64,000 nucleotides of DNA from Octopus bimaculoides (lineage: Eukaryota), in the NCBI RefSeq assembly GCF_001194135.2, contig NC_068985.1, forward strand, positions 40,440,646 through 40,504,645. The letters run 5' to 3'. Within the stretch, counting starts at the first letter, position 1. Each line of letters starts with the position of its first letter. Positions 27,043-39,865 of the stretch are shown here, in pieces. The notes beneath the pieces are model-generated. The model ran no database searches, had not been told where the DNA came from, and was given only the letters and a program-made list of their open reading frames with translations. A program made the position numbers and the translations under genes.

Positions 27043-27546
27043 CAAAATGATGTATATGATAAGATGCGAAATATGGGAACACAAAAGACATTTAAACCAG
27101 TTAAAAAATAGATATACAGAAAAAAAAAGATACCCATGGAAGTGCTCTACGACACCTTTGATTTACCAATGCCACAAGTAATCAAACCTAGGTGTAGCAG
27201 CACAAGAAAGAGGAAATGAACAGAATGGTTGGAAGTAGTGCCTAAGCAGAAGAAATATTAAAAACTTCCTTCTGAAGTAAATCTCAAAAAGAGGGATATA
27301 GTGAGAAAAAAAAAATTAATTTTCAACAGATGTCAATCTCAAAAGATACTAGAAAAATAAATAAATAAATAAATAAAGCATTAACTTCCAATGGGGGAGA
27401 TGTTGTGGTGAGAGTCATTGACACCTCTGTAGGATTAGAAGAATGGACTAGCCGAACTCTTACAAAGAGTAGCGTATTGGTTGAGATGAAAGATGTTGTT
27501 GGAGTCGTTGAAAGTTCATGAAAGTTGTAAGAAGTTGTTGAGAGTT
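27040..27546 (+). mobile_element. Gypsy integrase C-terminal tail + PPT + partial 3' LTR
   Basis: KRHLNQLKNRY and PRCSSTRKRK..PKQKKY* like tails; PPT aatgggggaga 27390-27400; LTR begins TG at 27401 and is homologous to 36814-36991 and 28175-28470. Confidence 0.75.
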
Positions 27547-27547
27547 A

Positions 27548-28137
27548 CTACATTCAAACACTCCCAGTGAGTATTGAACAGGGAACTTCTCTCACTGAAA
27601 ATTTTCAATAACAGTTTGTTTTATCAAAACAAATTTCACATGAATTTTTTAGGCAGAATGTAGTTACAGTACTTTTCATATTCAGCAGGGGATAATTTTC
27701 TTAAAAGTAGAAGTACCTTTTCATAGTCAGTCCAATTTTTGCATTCCTCTTTGAAGATTTCTTTATATCTTTGGAAATATGGAGAAAAAGTAATACCTTC
27801 TCCTTGGTTATAACTAAATTCTGCAATTGCATTTGCTATGCCATCTGGCAAGAACGAACCTGAAGTATTTTTGGACTTCAACATTAATTCCAGCAACTGT
27901 TGGTATTGTTGTTCGACTCTTGGGTACTGTTGTTCGACTCTTGGGTACTGTTGTTCGACTCTTGGGTACTGTTGTTCGACTCTTGGGTACTGTTGTTCGA
28001 CTCTTGGGTACTGTTGTTCGACTCTTGGGTACTGTTGTTAGACTCTTGGGTACTGTTGTTCGACTCTTGGGTACTGTTGTTCAACTCTTTTTGCTGTCGT
28101 TGTTGCACTGCACCATGGAGGCTAATAAGTCTTCCAT
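27548..28137 (-). mobile_element. Gypsy gag N-terminus (pseudogenised) with internal 21-bp minisatellite
   Basis: MEDLL...GIANAIAEFSYNQGEGITFSPYFQRYKEIFKEECKNW...LLLRKLSPAEYEKYCNYILPKK; homologous to 35526-35865. Confidence 0.88.
27902..28090. repeat. 21-bp tandem repeat x9 (ggtactgttgttcgactcttg)
   Basis: Direct read; near-identical units. Confidence 0.97.
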
Positions 28138-28174
28138 GTTAACTAATGTTCTTTTTTGATTTTGTATCAAAAGA

Positions 28175-28470
28175 AAATGTTAACGTCTGACGTAAACTTT
28201 GAATAAACTCGAAGCCACTTTTATATCTTTCTATACGTTGGATATACAGCTTTCACGAAGCAGGGATACACACAACTCTCTTCACACGATGTACTTCAAA
28301 TTACTCCAATAAACACGATACTCCAATAAATACAAACTCTCAACAATCTCAATGACTTCCTATAACTTCCACGAACTCTCAACACTCCTATGCCTCCTCT
28401 CATCGCAACCAATACACTACTCTTTATAAGAGTTCAGCTAGTCCATTTTTCCAATCCCACAGGGTAATTG
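28175..28470 (-). mobile_element. Gypsy 5' LTR (partial) followed by PBS-like tggcttcgag
   Basis: Shares aatggactagc(c/t)gaactcttataaa..agtag with the other LTR copies; lies directly upstream of gag. Confidence 0.75.
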
Positions 28471-28765
28471 AGAAAACTTATGATGAAAGAAATTCTAGCC
28501 TGACAATAATTTTTCATTTATTTTTAGATAGTGGATTAAATTTAACAATATGTCTTTCCCTTTTTTTATTTTAAGATATCAAAATGAGATTTACAAAAGA
28601 TTTACCATCTTTCTTAAGGTGATAAGAAAGGATTTAAGGAAAATTTGACTAATATTTGTAACAGTGGACACATCTAGAATACTTTTGACCAGAGATTTTC
28701 TAGATTAATGCTGATTTTGAAAAACAATAACCTACACGCTGATGGAAAAACTAAAATAATATCAA

Positions 28766-28971
28766 CATAAAAAGCACTGGTGATGATGTCACATAAAAGA
28801 CACTGATGCTGGTACCACGTAAAAGGCACTGGTGTTGGTGCCATGTAAAAAGCACCCAGTACACTCTGTAAAGTGACTGGCATTAGAAAGGGCATTCAGC
28901 TGTAGAAACCATGCCAAAACAAACAATGGGGGCTAGCACAACACCTGGCCTTGGCAGCTCCTGTCAAACTG
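28766..28971 (+). repeat. Left arm of inverted duplication of SINE family D
   Basis: 28787-28971 is the exact reverse complement of 29386-29570. Confidence 0.95.
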
Positions 28972-29329
28972 AATATCCTTGAATATCCTTTATTTCTGGG
29001 AAATTATATAATTCAGCAATACCTATCCCTATGAAAATTAATATCTAAATTAATGCTGACATTTAATTAATAGAAAATTAAAAAGTGAACTAGAAGTAAT
29101 ATACATAATGGGGGAGGGGGTAATGTTGGTCAACCTATTATTTCTAGTTTTCTGACAAGTACAAAAGACAATTCCAGATTTGTTTCAGTCATATTCTAAC
29201 CTCATCAACAAAGTATACCTTTGTTGTGTTTGCTGACGTAGTGATGAAAACTCATTGTGCAAGATTGTGTAGTTGTTGATGGAGGAAACTAGAATTGCCT
29301 CAAAACTGATTCAAAAGATACGAGCTACA

Positions 29330-29830
29330 TCATCATCATCATCATTATTATTTAATGTCCATTTTCCATGCTGGCATGGGTTGGACAGTTTGACAGGAGC
29401 TGCCAAGGCCAGGTGTTGTGCTAGCCCCCATTGTTTGTTTTGGCATGGTTTCTACAGCTGAATGCCCTTTCTAATGCCAGTCACTTTACAGAGTGTACTG
29501 GGTGCTTTTTACATGGCACCAACACCAGTGCCTTTTACGTGGTACCAGCATCAGTGTCTTTTATGTGACACCAGTATCAGTGCTTTTTATATGACATCAT
29601 CACCAGTGCTTTTTATGTGGCACTAGCAATTTTTGCATGGCACCAGTCTTTTTTACATGGCACCATGACCAGTGCTTATTGTGTGGCACCAACATCAGTG
29701 CTTTTTACATGGCACCAACATTTGTGCTTCTTATGTAACACCAGCACCAATGCTTTTTACATGGCATCAGCATCAGTGCTTTTTACATGGCACTATCACC
29801 AACAGGATTGCTAAGTACCTTGGAGAAAAA
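29330..29830 (-). mobile_element. SINE family D with an expanded 26-bp minisatellite (about 12 units, 29502-29800)
   Basis: (CAT)n tail on plus at about 29330; units like gctttttacatggcaccaacaccagt. Confidence 0.85.
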
Positions 29831-32800
29831 CAAATTCTATTTAGCATTGAGCCCCAGCAAAATCCAGTTGCTATAATGGCAATACTATTTATTTAAATTA
29901 GTTTTAATAATGCTTATGATTGGTAGCCAGAAAACATTCATTAAATAAAACAGTCACCTTTTCTTTGAGTTACATCAAAATACAAGGTGATATCAATAAA
30001 GCATTATATACAATATATGAATGTTAAAAGGTTAAATGTTAATTTGTTACAAGTAGAGTTAATTATAAAACAAACAACGATACCAATTAAAACAAAAGTG
30101 TCGTATCCATAACAAACATGGTGATCTTATATTTAAATTACCTCAAACTACTTGGTTTCATGTTTTCAGCTTCAGTTGCTATGGAATTTGTTCACCCTGA
30201 TCGCATCTTCTAATAACCAAATAATTTCCTATCAATTTAGGATGCCATCATACAAACAGTATATGGATTCTCTAATTTCTGTTAACCTTTAGTGTTTTTA
30301 TTTTCTAATTAACTTTGTAAAAGAGAAGCAATTAAACAAACCAATCAGAAAATTTCCAAACCATTGAAAAATCTTTCTCTTTAATCAATAAGCCTTTTCT
30401 ACAGTTAAATCACTTTCAATAACCTTTTTACCATCTCAGAAATATGGATAGCCTATATTGTCAAGAGAATAGCATTCTCAAGTTGACCACATCTAGAAAT
30501 ATCAAATACTCCATTCAATTAGTTATCTGTGTGTAATAAACTTGCTCAAGATGCCTATTTATTACTACATTGATCAAAGCCATTGAAAAAAGAGAGTGTT
30601 TGTTGGGTACCCATAAGTTTCATTTACATGAAAAAAAGCTGGCATAATAACTCTTCCACTCCCACATGTTTATTTCTATTCCTCATAGCAACCAAACTTA
30701 TTGATATCTTCTGGATTTACCATTAGTATAGTTTCCTCAGATAACAGGTTTTACCCCAGACCATTGAAAGTTGAGGGATTTTGATCAAGACAAGATGCAA
30801 TGCTAGTAATGCTATATGAAATGTGTAATTCTATGCTTATAAAGTCAACATATTAACTCATCCAGTTTTCACACCCTATCAAATCAATCTCAGTAACACA
30901 TTTTTAATCATTTTGTTTTTATCATGTTATCACATACAAACATATTTATAATATGGATACTTTTATCTCTTTTAACACCTAACTTCATTCTTACCATATT
31001 TTCTGTCATCCTAAATACTTTGCACTTATCATTCTCTCCTTCACACTCTTTTCATCTCTCTCCTTGACACAGTTGGAAAACTTCAGTACTCAATTTATTT
31101 TTATTCAGTGTTTTTACCTTTATCAGAGCTCAGGGATATTTTCTCACTTCTTTCTCTACATTCACCCCCTTCCATCATATGAATGAATTTGACTATACAA
31201 AAAGAAATACTCATTACGTGTAAAATTAATCGATGATTCAATTTTGCTACTCTGTTTATCATGTGCAAGCATTATATCTGTCATTATTTGCATTTATTTC
31301 TGGTAAACATATTGAGTCCCACAAAGCCTTTTGTTTAGATTATCAGTGCACCTTCTAATTGTAATGTCCTTAGGCACCCTCTGAAAGCAGTGGGTTCATA
31401 TTGGAAGCTGGATATATGATTAGGCATAACAGTTTTGAAATCCTGCTACCTTGAAATTATCTATCAATGCAGAGATAGACAAGATAAAACATCCTATTTT
31501 TTTAACTGTGTCCACATATATTCTCAGAAAAAACAAAATCTGTTCTATTCCTGTTTCAATTTGTTATTGTAGACAAGTTCTTCTTACACTACATACTGAT
31601 TTTATAGTATTTAGACAACACTTGATGAATTCAGAACAATATTGTTTGAATTCAGTTCAATGTTACAATTAATCTCTCTAGAGTGTAGCAGTAGAATGCA
31701 GAATTAAATGTATTACAGTATTTTGGTTCTTGATTTTTTTGAGCTTTTATATTCTAGATTCAAAGCTTTTAGGATTAATGGGGTTTTCCTCCTCCTACTG
31801 AGGTTGATAAATACAGCAATACACTTGAGTTGATTCAATCAATTGTGTGTGGATGGACACTTTTGTGCACACAAAGACACACACACAGACACACACACAC
31901 AGACACACACACACAGACACACAGACACACACACACNNNNNNNNNNCACACACACACACACACAAAGGCATACATTTACACATACCAAAAAAAAAGTAGA
32001 TTTATACCAGGTCGAAAGAATTCAATATTAAAACAATTCTCAGCAGAGAACTAGAAATATCAAAACACAGCATATAGAGAAAAAATGTATTTTACGATAT
32101 GGACCTCGATACGGGGAATTGAGTAATCTGAGATGGATAGCATAAAAGATTTGAGATATATGCTTTGACCATAAAGTTCTCAAAACCTCTGCAATAGCAA
32201 AGGAACCTTTACACTAGAGATACATAATGTTTACAGTGAATTTCAAATGTATAGGAACCTGAAGGAGTGCATAAGTACAAAGAACAATAACAAATCTTTA
32301 ATTTTAAAAATTCATAGACATGCCATGTGTATAAAATTACTGTTTGGGCTAAAAGGTTACATCATTTCTCTTCATATGCTTTTAAAGACTGTTAGTGGAG
32401 AGTTTCACATATGAAAGCAAGTAAAATTTCATCAGTAGGTGAACATTTACCCCCCTCCCTGCTTCGCACAATCAGTTAACCTGCTAGAAATAGTAACCAC
32501 ATTTTCTTCAAATTACACCCTACTATTTAAAAAAAGAAAGACACATTGGACAATGTAGTACTGGACATACAAAGGGAAGGAATGGTCACAACAGGAATGC
32601 TTTTCATTATAGTTCTACTTGATTAAGACTAACATGGAACAAAAAGACAACTATTCTTGCAATAAGAATTTGAAATATACTAGACACAAGCTACTGATTA
32701 AGTACACGTAACTTTTTTGTATAAATTCCAGAACTGATAAAGTGAATCCAAATAAAAATGTTTTTCTATATATTATTAATACGGAAACTTTAGTATCATA

Positions 32801-34899
32801 ATTGAGAAAAGGGTGTGAACTCTTAGTATGAAATTTCTTGAAACACTAAACTAAGAGAAAAAATTAGATTTTTTAAAAATCAACATTATTATAATCACAA
32901 ATAAAAGATAAAAATTTTAAAAATCTTAAGTTCAGTCAAAAAAAAGCCCAGGGAGGAATCAACACATTACTGCCAGAAATTAGGCATATGCAAACCCAAA
33001 AGATTAAATTTTCAATAAGATGATGATGACGACGACGACGACGACGACAACAACAATGATGGCCATGATGATGACAATGATGATCATGATGATGATGGTG
33101 GTCTTACTTAGGCACAAAGCTACAAATTTTCTGGATGGGTAGTCAACCCAGGTATATTTTATCACCTTCTGAGGAACAAAAAATGAGCACAGTGAGATTT
33201 GACTCTGAATGTAAAGGAAGAGGGCCACTAAATGATCACCCACCCTGCTTAAATAACAACCAAATCTTTTTCAAATCATAACCATTTATCTTTAAATAGG
33301 AAGGACACATTGGATAAGGATGGTAAAGACTGAAATGAAAAGGACCAACCTGGGGTTAAACGACAAATCTTCTAGTGATAATACTAATAAAAGATAATTG
33401 CTTTTTATTTAAAGAGACTGTGGGAGACCAACATCAGCAAAAGACAATTGAGTAAAAAGTAAACATTTAACTATGTGAGTGACACAATGTCTCAAAATAA
33501 AATTATAAAGCTGATGTAGTCATAGTATACAAAAAGATGAAAAGGTCCCAGTAGGAACACTTTTGAACATAGGTCTGCTCAATTAGGCCTGTTAATAACA
33601 ATAACAAAGGGGGGGAGACATTGTATAATGTAGCCCTAGTTACTGTATGAAACTATCAAATTCTTGGATGTAGGTAAACACTTCAGGTTCCATCCTATCC
33701 TCGAAAGTTTTTTTTTAAAAAGTTGAAGGAAAGAGAATATTGCAAGGTAAATTCAAAAGGAAGTAAATCTAATTAAGTCTAATCAGCTAAGACTGTACCA
33801 CAGAAAAATGGCTCCTTTTTGAGAGCCAGAAAATGCTTTGATCTGAAAGTACTGCTAGATTTATTTTTATAGAGAAAAATATGTCATTCACTAGAGTGCT
33901 GAATACAACCATAGGATGTTGCCCTCAACCATCAAGTGTAAGCATATTTTACTTGCCTAATCCTCATCAACCACCAAACATAAACTCACTCAATGCAATC
34001 ACCTCTCCACTTCTCACCACACTCAATGCGTTTCACTTAGCTTCCAGCAGCACCACCATCATGTGTGAAACCACCTTCAGGCACCACCCTCACCTCACCA
34101 ACACCACTACTTATACTAAGCATTCTGCTGAATTCTTCTTTCCTAATACCCACCCTACCCCTCATCTTGGTGATTTCATTCAAACCAAATAACCTGCTAC
34201 ATATCAAACTAAAAGGCAACTACTTTGTTAATCAGTTATCTTGTTATGTTATTATTTCATAGTTATTCCTATTCTTATCAATATGCCACTCCATCTGCCA
34301 GCTTCTGTGAAAAGGATGTGAGTACAGGCTTGTTCGCCTCCTCCAATTGCCTAAGTGATTTCTAAATTTGGTGGGGAGCTGCATATGTTTGGAGAGGCAT
34401 GAAGTCAAATAAATACATCCCCACCTCTACTCTGCAGTACATAGCTAGTACTTACTTTTAAATTTGGAAAATAAGAAAAGACAGCTGGATTTGAACTGAA
34501 GCTTAAAAGAATGTAGATGAATACTGCTGAATATTTAATCAGGTTCTCTTATATATCTACCACACAACTGCACTTCTACCTAATAAAATGAATGGCCCAA
34601 GTCAATGAGTAAGTCAGAAATAGCAGACATATTTCATTAAAATCATACCCTAGGAAGAACATATTAGATAAAGTAGTTAGACAAGCTGGTCACAGATAGA
34701 TCAAGTCTTACTTAGGGTTAATAACTAGAATGAATGGTTTTCAATGTCACTAAAAAAGATTACTGTAAAGCTATACAAGTTTAAAGGATAACGTTGGTAA
34801 CACCTTTTACATAGCTCTTTATTATCATTAGTAAAATTCACTCAATTTATTGGAAGTATTAACACCAGGTCTCTGACCTGACTTCCTCCCTTTCCCCCA

Positions 34900-35345
34900 G
34901 CAGTCGCACAGCCCTTGTTTTTACTTGAACATTACACTGAAACAACCATTATTTACAGAACATACTCAGCAACAAGGAAAATTGAAATGTTGACCGTTCA
35001 AGTTGAAGAGGCATTAAAACCAATCTGGCAAGGGATTTCTTACCTTGCCAGAGGAAGAAAGTTTGGAACAGTAGAGGTGCAGTTCTGGGAAACAGCTACT
35101 GCACTCGGCAACACCCTTAAAAACGGATGAAGTGGTGCTTCTACCTATTTACCTTGGAAGGCGTGCTCTCAGGATTAAGGTAGAAGATATACCCCCAGAA
35201 ATTGATGTAGCCTGGCTAGCAGCGGCCCAAACAGCTTCATTTCATTTATCATTTTATCTAATTCATCCTTCCTATCTGTTTCTTTTTCTGTCCCCACCAT
35301 GTGCTGTCCCTTGTGTTAGGCCCTGTGTGGCCAATAAAAAGAATA
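34900..35345 (+). mobile_element. L1/Tx1-like ORF1 fragment fused to a LINE 3' UTR
   Basis: TIIYRTYS...VEEALKPIWQGISYLARGRKFGTVEV..LLPIYLGRRALRIKVEDIPPEI is homologous to 62460-62750; followed by tgctgtcccttgtgttaggccctgtgtggccaataaa. Confidence 0.65.
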
Positions 35346-36991
35346 AGAGCATTTTGGTAGTCTCACAAAGTATGTCATGTGAACACATTGATTAAACTTC
35401 CGCTGCATAATTTATATATACCAACCTGTGGGAGGATATAAAAGTGGCAACAAGATATTCGAAGCTGGCGTTGGACGTTTACATTTTTTTTTTTTGGCAT
35501 GAAACCAAAGAAAAAATTATTTAACATGGAAGACTTGTTGGCTTGCATGATGCAGTTACAACAGCAACAACAACAGCAGGTACAACAACTACAACAGTAA
35601 CAATACCAACAGTTACTGGAAGTAATGTTGAAGAAGTCTGAAAATACTTCATTTCATTCTCGTCAGACAGCATAGCAAATTCAATTGGAGAATTTATTTA
35701 TAACCCAGAAGAAGGTACTACTTTTTCTTCATATTTCAGAAGATCTGAAGAAATCTTCAAAGAAGAATGTAAAAATTGGAATGACAAGAAGAAGGTGCAA
35801 CTACTTTAAAGAAAGTTAGCCCCTGCCAAACATGAAAAATACTGTAACTATATTCTGCTGAAGAAACAAAAAAAACATATGTATGGCTGGATGTAACATA
35901 GTTTCGAATTTGTATTTGATATGTAATAATGTATGCACAGAGGGTCGTAATGCCGATCTCACTAGAATGTCAAACTGCTCTTGGGCACTACCGGTAACAT
36001 GGAACTCTGTACAACTTGTTGCACTGGCCAGGTCGCATTTTGAGCACTACTGGTAACATGTAACCCAGTACAACTTGTTGCATGCACATCAAGAAATTGG
36101 TGAAAGCTAGTAGAGATCGCATGTGAGGCAGCCAAAGTACCACCACTAAAATACCTATCATGTACCGTGGAAAGGTGACAAATCAGAAGAAGTCATTGAA
36201 GACTTTTGCTAGAGCCCAGTAAGAGTCAATGTGTTAGTTCCACGTTGAACTTGCACTGAACACATAAGTTGCCATAATGGTAGTTGTTCCAATTACTGTG
36301 TGTTGGTTCTGTCGCTAGAATGTGGTAAGGGTTCGATTCCCCTGCTTACAATATATTGTATGCAGCTGTGCAGTGTTAACTGGCAAGAGGAGATGTTTTC
36401 TTGGGGTTAAAAAATCACACTAAAGTCTGTTTGAGCGAAAAACAAGAGTGCTTTGTACAACAAAAATCAAGAGTGCTAAAAAGGGAGTATTGCGTGCAAA
36501 AACAAACAATACTACCTAAGACTCAGGTAACAATTACGCTACATCTGGCAACGAGTCATCAGGATATAAAAGTAACAATGTAAAAAAGAAATAAAAATTC
36601 AAATTCCAAATTTCAAACTCCAGGCCGATACTGTGTGAAACAGCTGTTATAGTGTAAAAATTCAAATTCCAAGCTGATAGTATGTGAGAAAGCCGATATT
36701 GTGTAAAAGATACTAGAAAAAAAGAAAAAAAAAAAAAAACAANNNNNNNNNNNNNNNNNNNNNNNNNAAAAAAAAAAAAAAAAAAAAAAAACAATAACTT
36801 TCAATGGGGGAGATGTGGCAAAAATCATTGACACCCCTGGGGGATTGGAAGAATGGACTAGCCGAACTCTTATAAAAAGTAGTGTCGGTAGTAGTTGGAG
36901 AGAGTGCTTTGGTAGTCTCACAAAGTGACCATATTGATTAAACCTCCACTGCATAATTTATATATATACCAACCTGTGGCAAGTTATAAAA
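35346..36991 (+). mobile_element. Internally deleted Gypsy LTR element: partial 5' LTR, PBS-like site, gag pseudogene (35526-35865), non-coding middle, PPT (36803-36813), 3' LTR (36814-36991)
   Basis: LTR homology tttggtagtctcacaaagt...attgattaaac.tcc.ctgcataatttatatat..accaacctgtgg at both ends; gag translation with stops. Confidence 0.85.
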
Positions 36992-37160
36992 ATAATAATA
37001 ATATTAGTTTATCTGCGAACACTGAAAGTCAACTCTGTAAGGTGGTTAGCATTAGGAAGGTCATCCAGCCATAAAAACCCTGCCAAAACAGACTATGAAG
37101 CTTGATGCAGTCTTCTGCCTAGTCAGCCCCTGTCAAACCAGCATGGAAAACAGACATTAA

Positions 37161-37192
<32 letters not shown>

Positions 37193-37807
37193 AATGATGA
37201 TGATGATGAAAGGACAGTTTCACCTTAGGCACATAAATACAAAACAGTGTAAAGTAAATTATACTGATTTTAATACTTGACATGAGCATAATTTATCAAC
37301 CCCAATGGGATTTGAGCTAAAAGCATAAAAGAACCGTAACTAAATAGCACAAGACATTTTATCAGACAAACAACTCTGCTATCCATTAACAAAAATATAT
37401 ATTAATATCCCAGAAATGGGTAGCTGTATGGGGCAAATCAAGGCAAACTGCAAAGCCTTGTTGTCTCTGTGCAGTCATGTCTGTAGAGAATTGAGACATT
37501 AGTCAATAAACTGAATGTAATAAAATTAGCTATTATATCAAGTATAATTTGTTATAATAAATTTAACAATATTTTCTAGCAGCTATTGTAAAGAAAAACT
37601 TCAAAACAGAAAGAAAACGCTTCCAATGAAAAATATGAATTAATGTAGAATGACGCTAATGAATAAAAACTTAGTGAATATGCTAAGCTAAATGAGACTT
37701 TAGTTCTCTCTTTTATCCAGTGAATTATTAAATGGAAAAACATGTTTTTTCCACCATGATAGGTTTTCAGAACTCACAGTTTGTTTTTAAAACACATTTA
37801 CTTATTG

Positions 37808-37995
37808 CCGACACGTAAAAGCACCCACTACACTCTCTGAGTGGTTGGCGTTAGGAAGGACATCCAGCTGTAGAAACTCTGCCAAATTAGATTGGAGCCT
37901 GGTGTTGCCATCCGGTTTCACCAGTCCTCAGTCAAATCGTCCAACCCATGCTAGCATGGAAAGCGGACGTTAAACGATGATGATGATGATGATGA
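37808..37995 (+). mobile_element. Young SINE family D 3' part with (GAT)n tail
   Basis: CpGs retained; ends catggaaagcggacgttaaacgatgatgatg; an older copy lies at 37020-37210. Confidence 0.85.
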
Positions 37996-38089
37996 TATAT
38001 ATAGAGAGACAATACACACTCATACGTACAAATACACACATACATACAAATACTTGTCAATCTTTTTCAGATACAATCGACAGTCAGAC

Positions 38090-39135
38090 ATTGTCCAGAC
38101 ATGTAGGACCTGTCCTTAGCTTCTTCAGGAGAATCCAAGGTGGGTGCATAGGCACTGACGATGGTGGCAAACTGAACTTTAGAGAGTGTGAGCCACAACC
38201 TGAGGATTCATTCATACAGTGCAACAGGAAGTTCTGCCATCTTATTTGCAATGGAGGTCTTCACAGCAAAGGCCACTCCAATGCCATCAGTGACACTCTT
38301 CCATTAGAATGTGTATCCCTCTCCCAGTTCAGTGAGAGAGCCTTCCTCTGGGATACACATCTCACTAAGATCCACTATGTGCACATTGAATTCAGCTAAG
38401 ATGCAACCAGAGCAGTCTTCCGATGAGGTCAGTATGAATTAGGAGGATCAAATAAAGTTCTGACATTCCAGAAAACAATTAACAATTTCTTAAAGTTTCA
38501 ACCTCATTAGAAGAGTGACCTGTCAGGCACAGTTTCCTGACTGGGTAAAACAGAGCAAACTTTGTTAGGGCCACCTTTTCTTGGCCATCCCTTGGATTGA
38601 GGAAGGCAGTACCTTCCCTAAATAGGGCTGCCTGGACACATGAGCAGGACTGAAGAAGCCTTATGTCCCTCAGTGCAGATTTCAGTGACCATCTTACTCA
38701 TACTGCCATCATGCAAATTTCAAGCTAGAGGCTACCAGCATCATCCATGCTTGCCTCCAACATCAGCTGTTCATTGCCAATGGACTTGGGAGTAGAAAAA
38801 AAAAAGGAGGAAAATGAAGGAAGAAGGCTGAGATGGGTCAAAGTCTGTACAAAATTTGTTTCCAGTAGTGAGATGGGCACACAATCCTTCACCGCACAAC
38901 TTGACTTATCTGTAACTGGTCCAGTGGCAAGAAGGTGAGCCAAAATGAATGGGGTCAAGGACAAGCTGCAGCAAACTGCTGTATTCAAGGTATGTAGGGG
39001 GGCACCTCTACAGCCAGCTTGCTTGGCTTTGTCCCATTGTAAGTAATAGACACAAGGGGCGTGTGACCGGGACAGCTGCCAGCTAAGACCCTAATAGGTG
39101 CTACTACTCTGGGTCAGTGTAGACCTGGGAACAAT
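38090..39135 (-). mobile_element. RTE (BovB-like) LINE 5' UTR + apurinic endonuclease fragment
   Basis: LAEFNVHIVDLSE..EEGSLTELGEGYTF.W..GVAFAVKTSI...ATIVSAYAPTLDSPEEAKD are typical RTE endonuclease motifs. Confidence 0.85.
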
Positions 39136-39826
39136 AGTGGTTAACCCTTTAGCATTCAGATTACTCTGTCAAATGAAAATTCAACAATAAATACAACTTT
39201 TAAATTAGGAAAAAGTATATAAAATGTTGAATACGTTAGTGCTGTCAGGTTAGTGAAATATGATTCTTTTTCAGTTAATCTTTTCAAATGCAGACTGCCA
39301 TCAATCTTCTGCAATTCTATTGGTTACATGTAGTCATGATATATTTTTCTCTAAGTGTTTGCAGATAACAGCTAAAAAAAAAATTTTTTTAAACCGAAAA
39401 GAAAGAACTAGAGTTAATTATTTCCGGGATTACAAGTTCCATGGCACTAGTGCTTAACTTCAAAAAGTAGCATCAAAGAGATGAGAGATAATTCTTCCTG
39501 TGGATAGATCAATGTTTTATTGCAGATAAAGATTCCTGAATCTTCTTTCTGACAATTAGGTGAACTGAAGCATGTAGAATTAAGTTTACTAACTAGACAC
39601 TACATTGCACTACAGTACATCTTTACTCCCAATCCAAAAGCTGCTAGTCTAAATATGCAACCATTACTTAATTATTGGTTTCCATGTAGATGGTACTTCA
39701 TTCCCCACCCCTCGTTAATTCTCCAGGCTATTTTTATATTTCTACACCAAACAACATAGTAAAATTTTGTACATACACTTCAAGATTCTTCCATTACTAC
39801 TTTGTCAAATACAGTGAAGCTTAATG

Positions 39827-39865
39827 CTTTGCTGATAAGATCATAAGACCAAAACATGTTCAGAG
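39827..39865 (+). ncRNA. Inactivated hammerhead-like motif (same family as 20538)
   Basis: CUUUG / CUGAUAA / GAUC-AUAA-GACC / AAAA / CAUG / UU / CAGAG; G8 and G12 mutated; 14-nt 3' flank identical to the 20538 copy. Confidence 0.6.

Noticed and set aside
27827-28159. Plus-strand ORFs (LLGTVVR)n, (VLLFDSW)n and (CCSTLGY)n
   Set aside because: Antisense readings of the 21-bp minisatellite in the minus-strand gag.
33950-34200. Possible LINE endonuclease remnant (LIL-GDF-like)
   Set aside because: Too degenerate to assign a family.
36300-36345. tRNA-like gggttcgattcccc
   Set aside because: Only a T-arm/B-box motif; no acceptor stem or cloverleaf.
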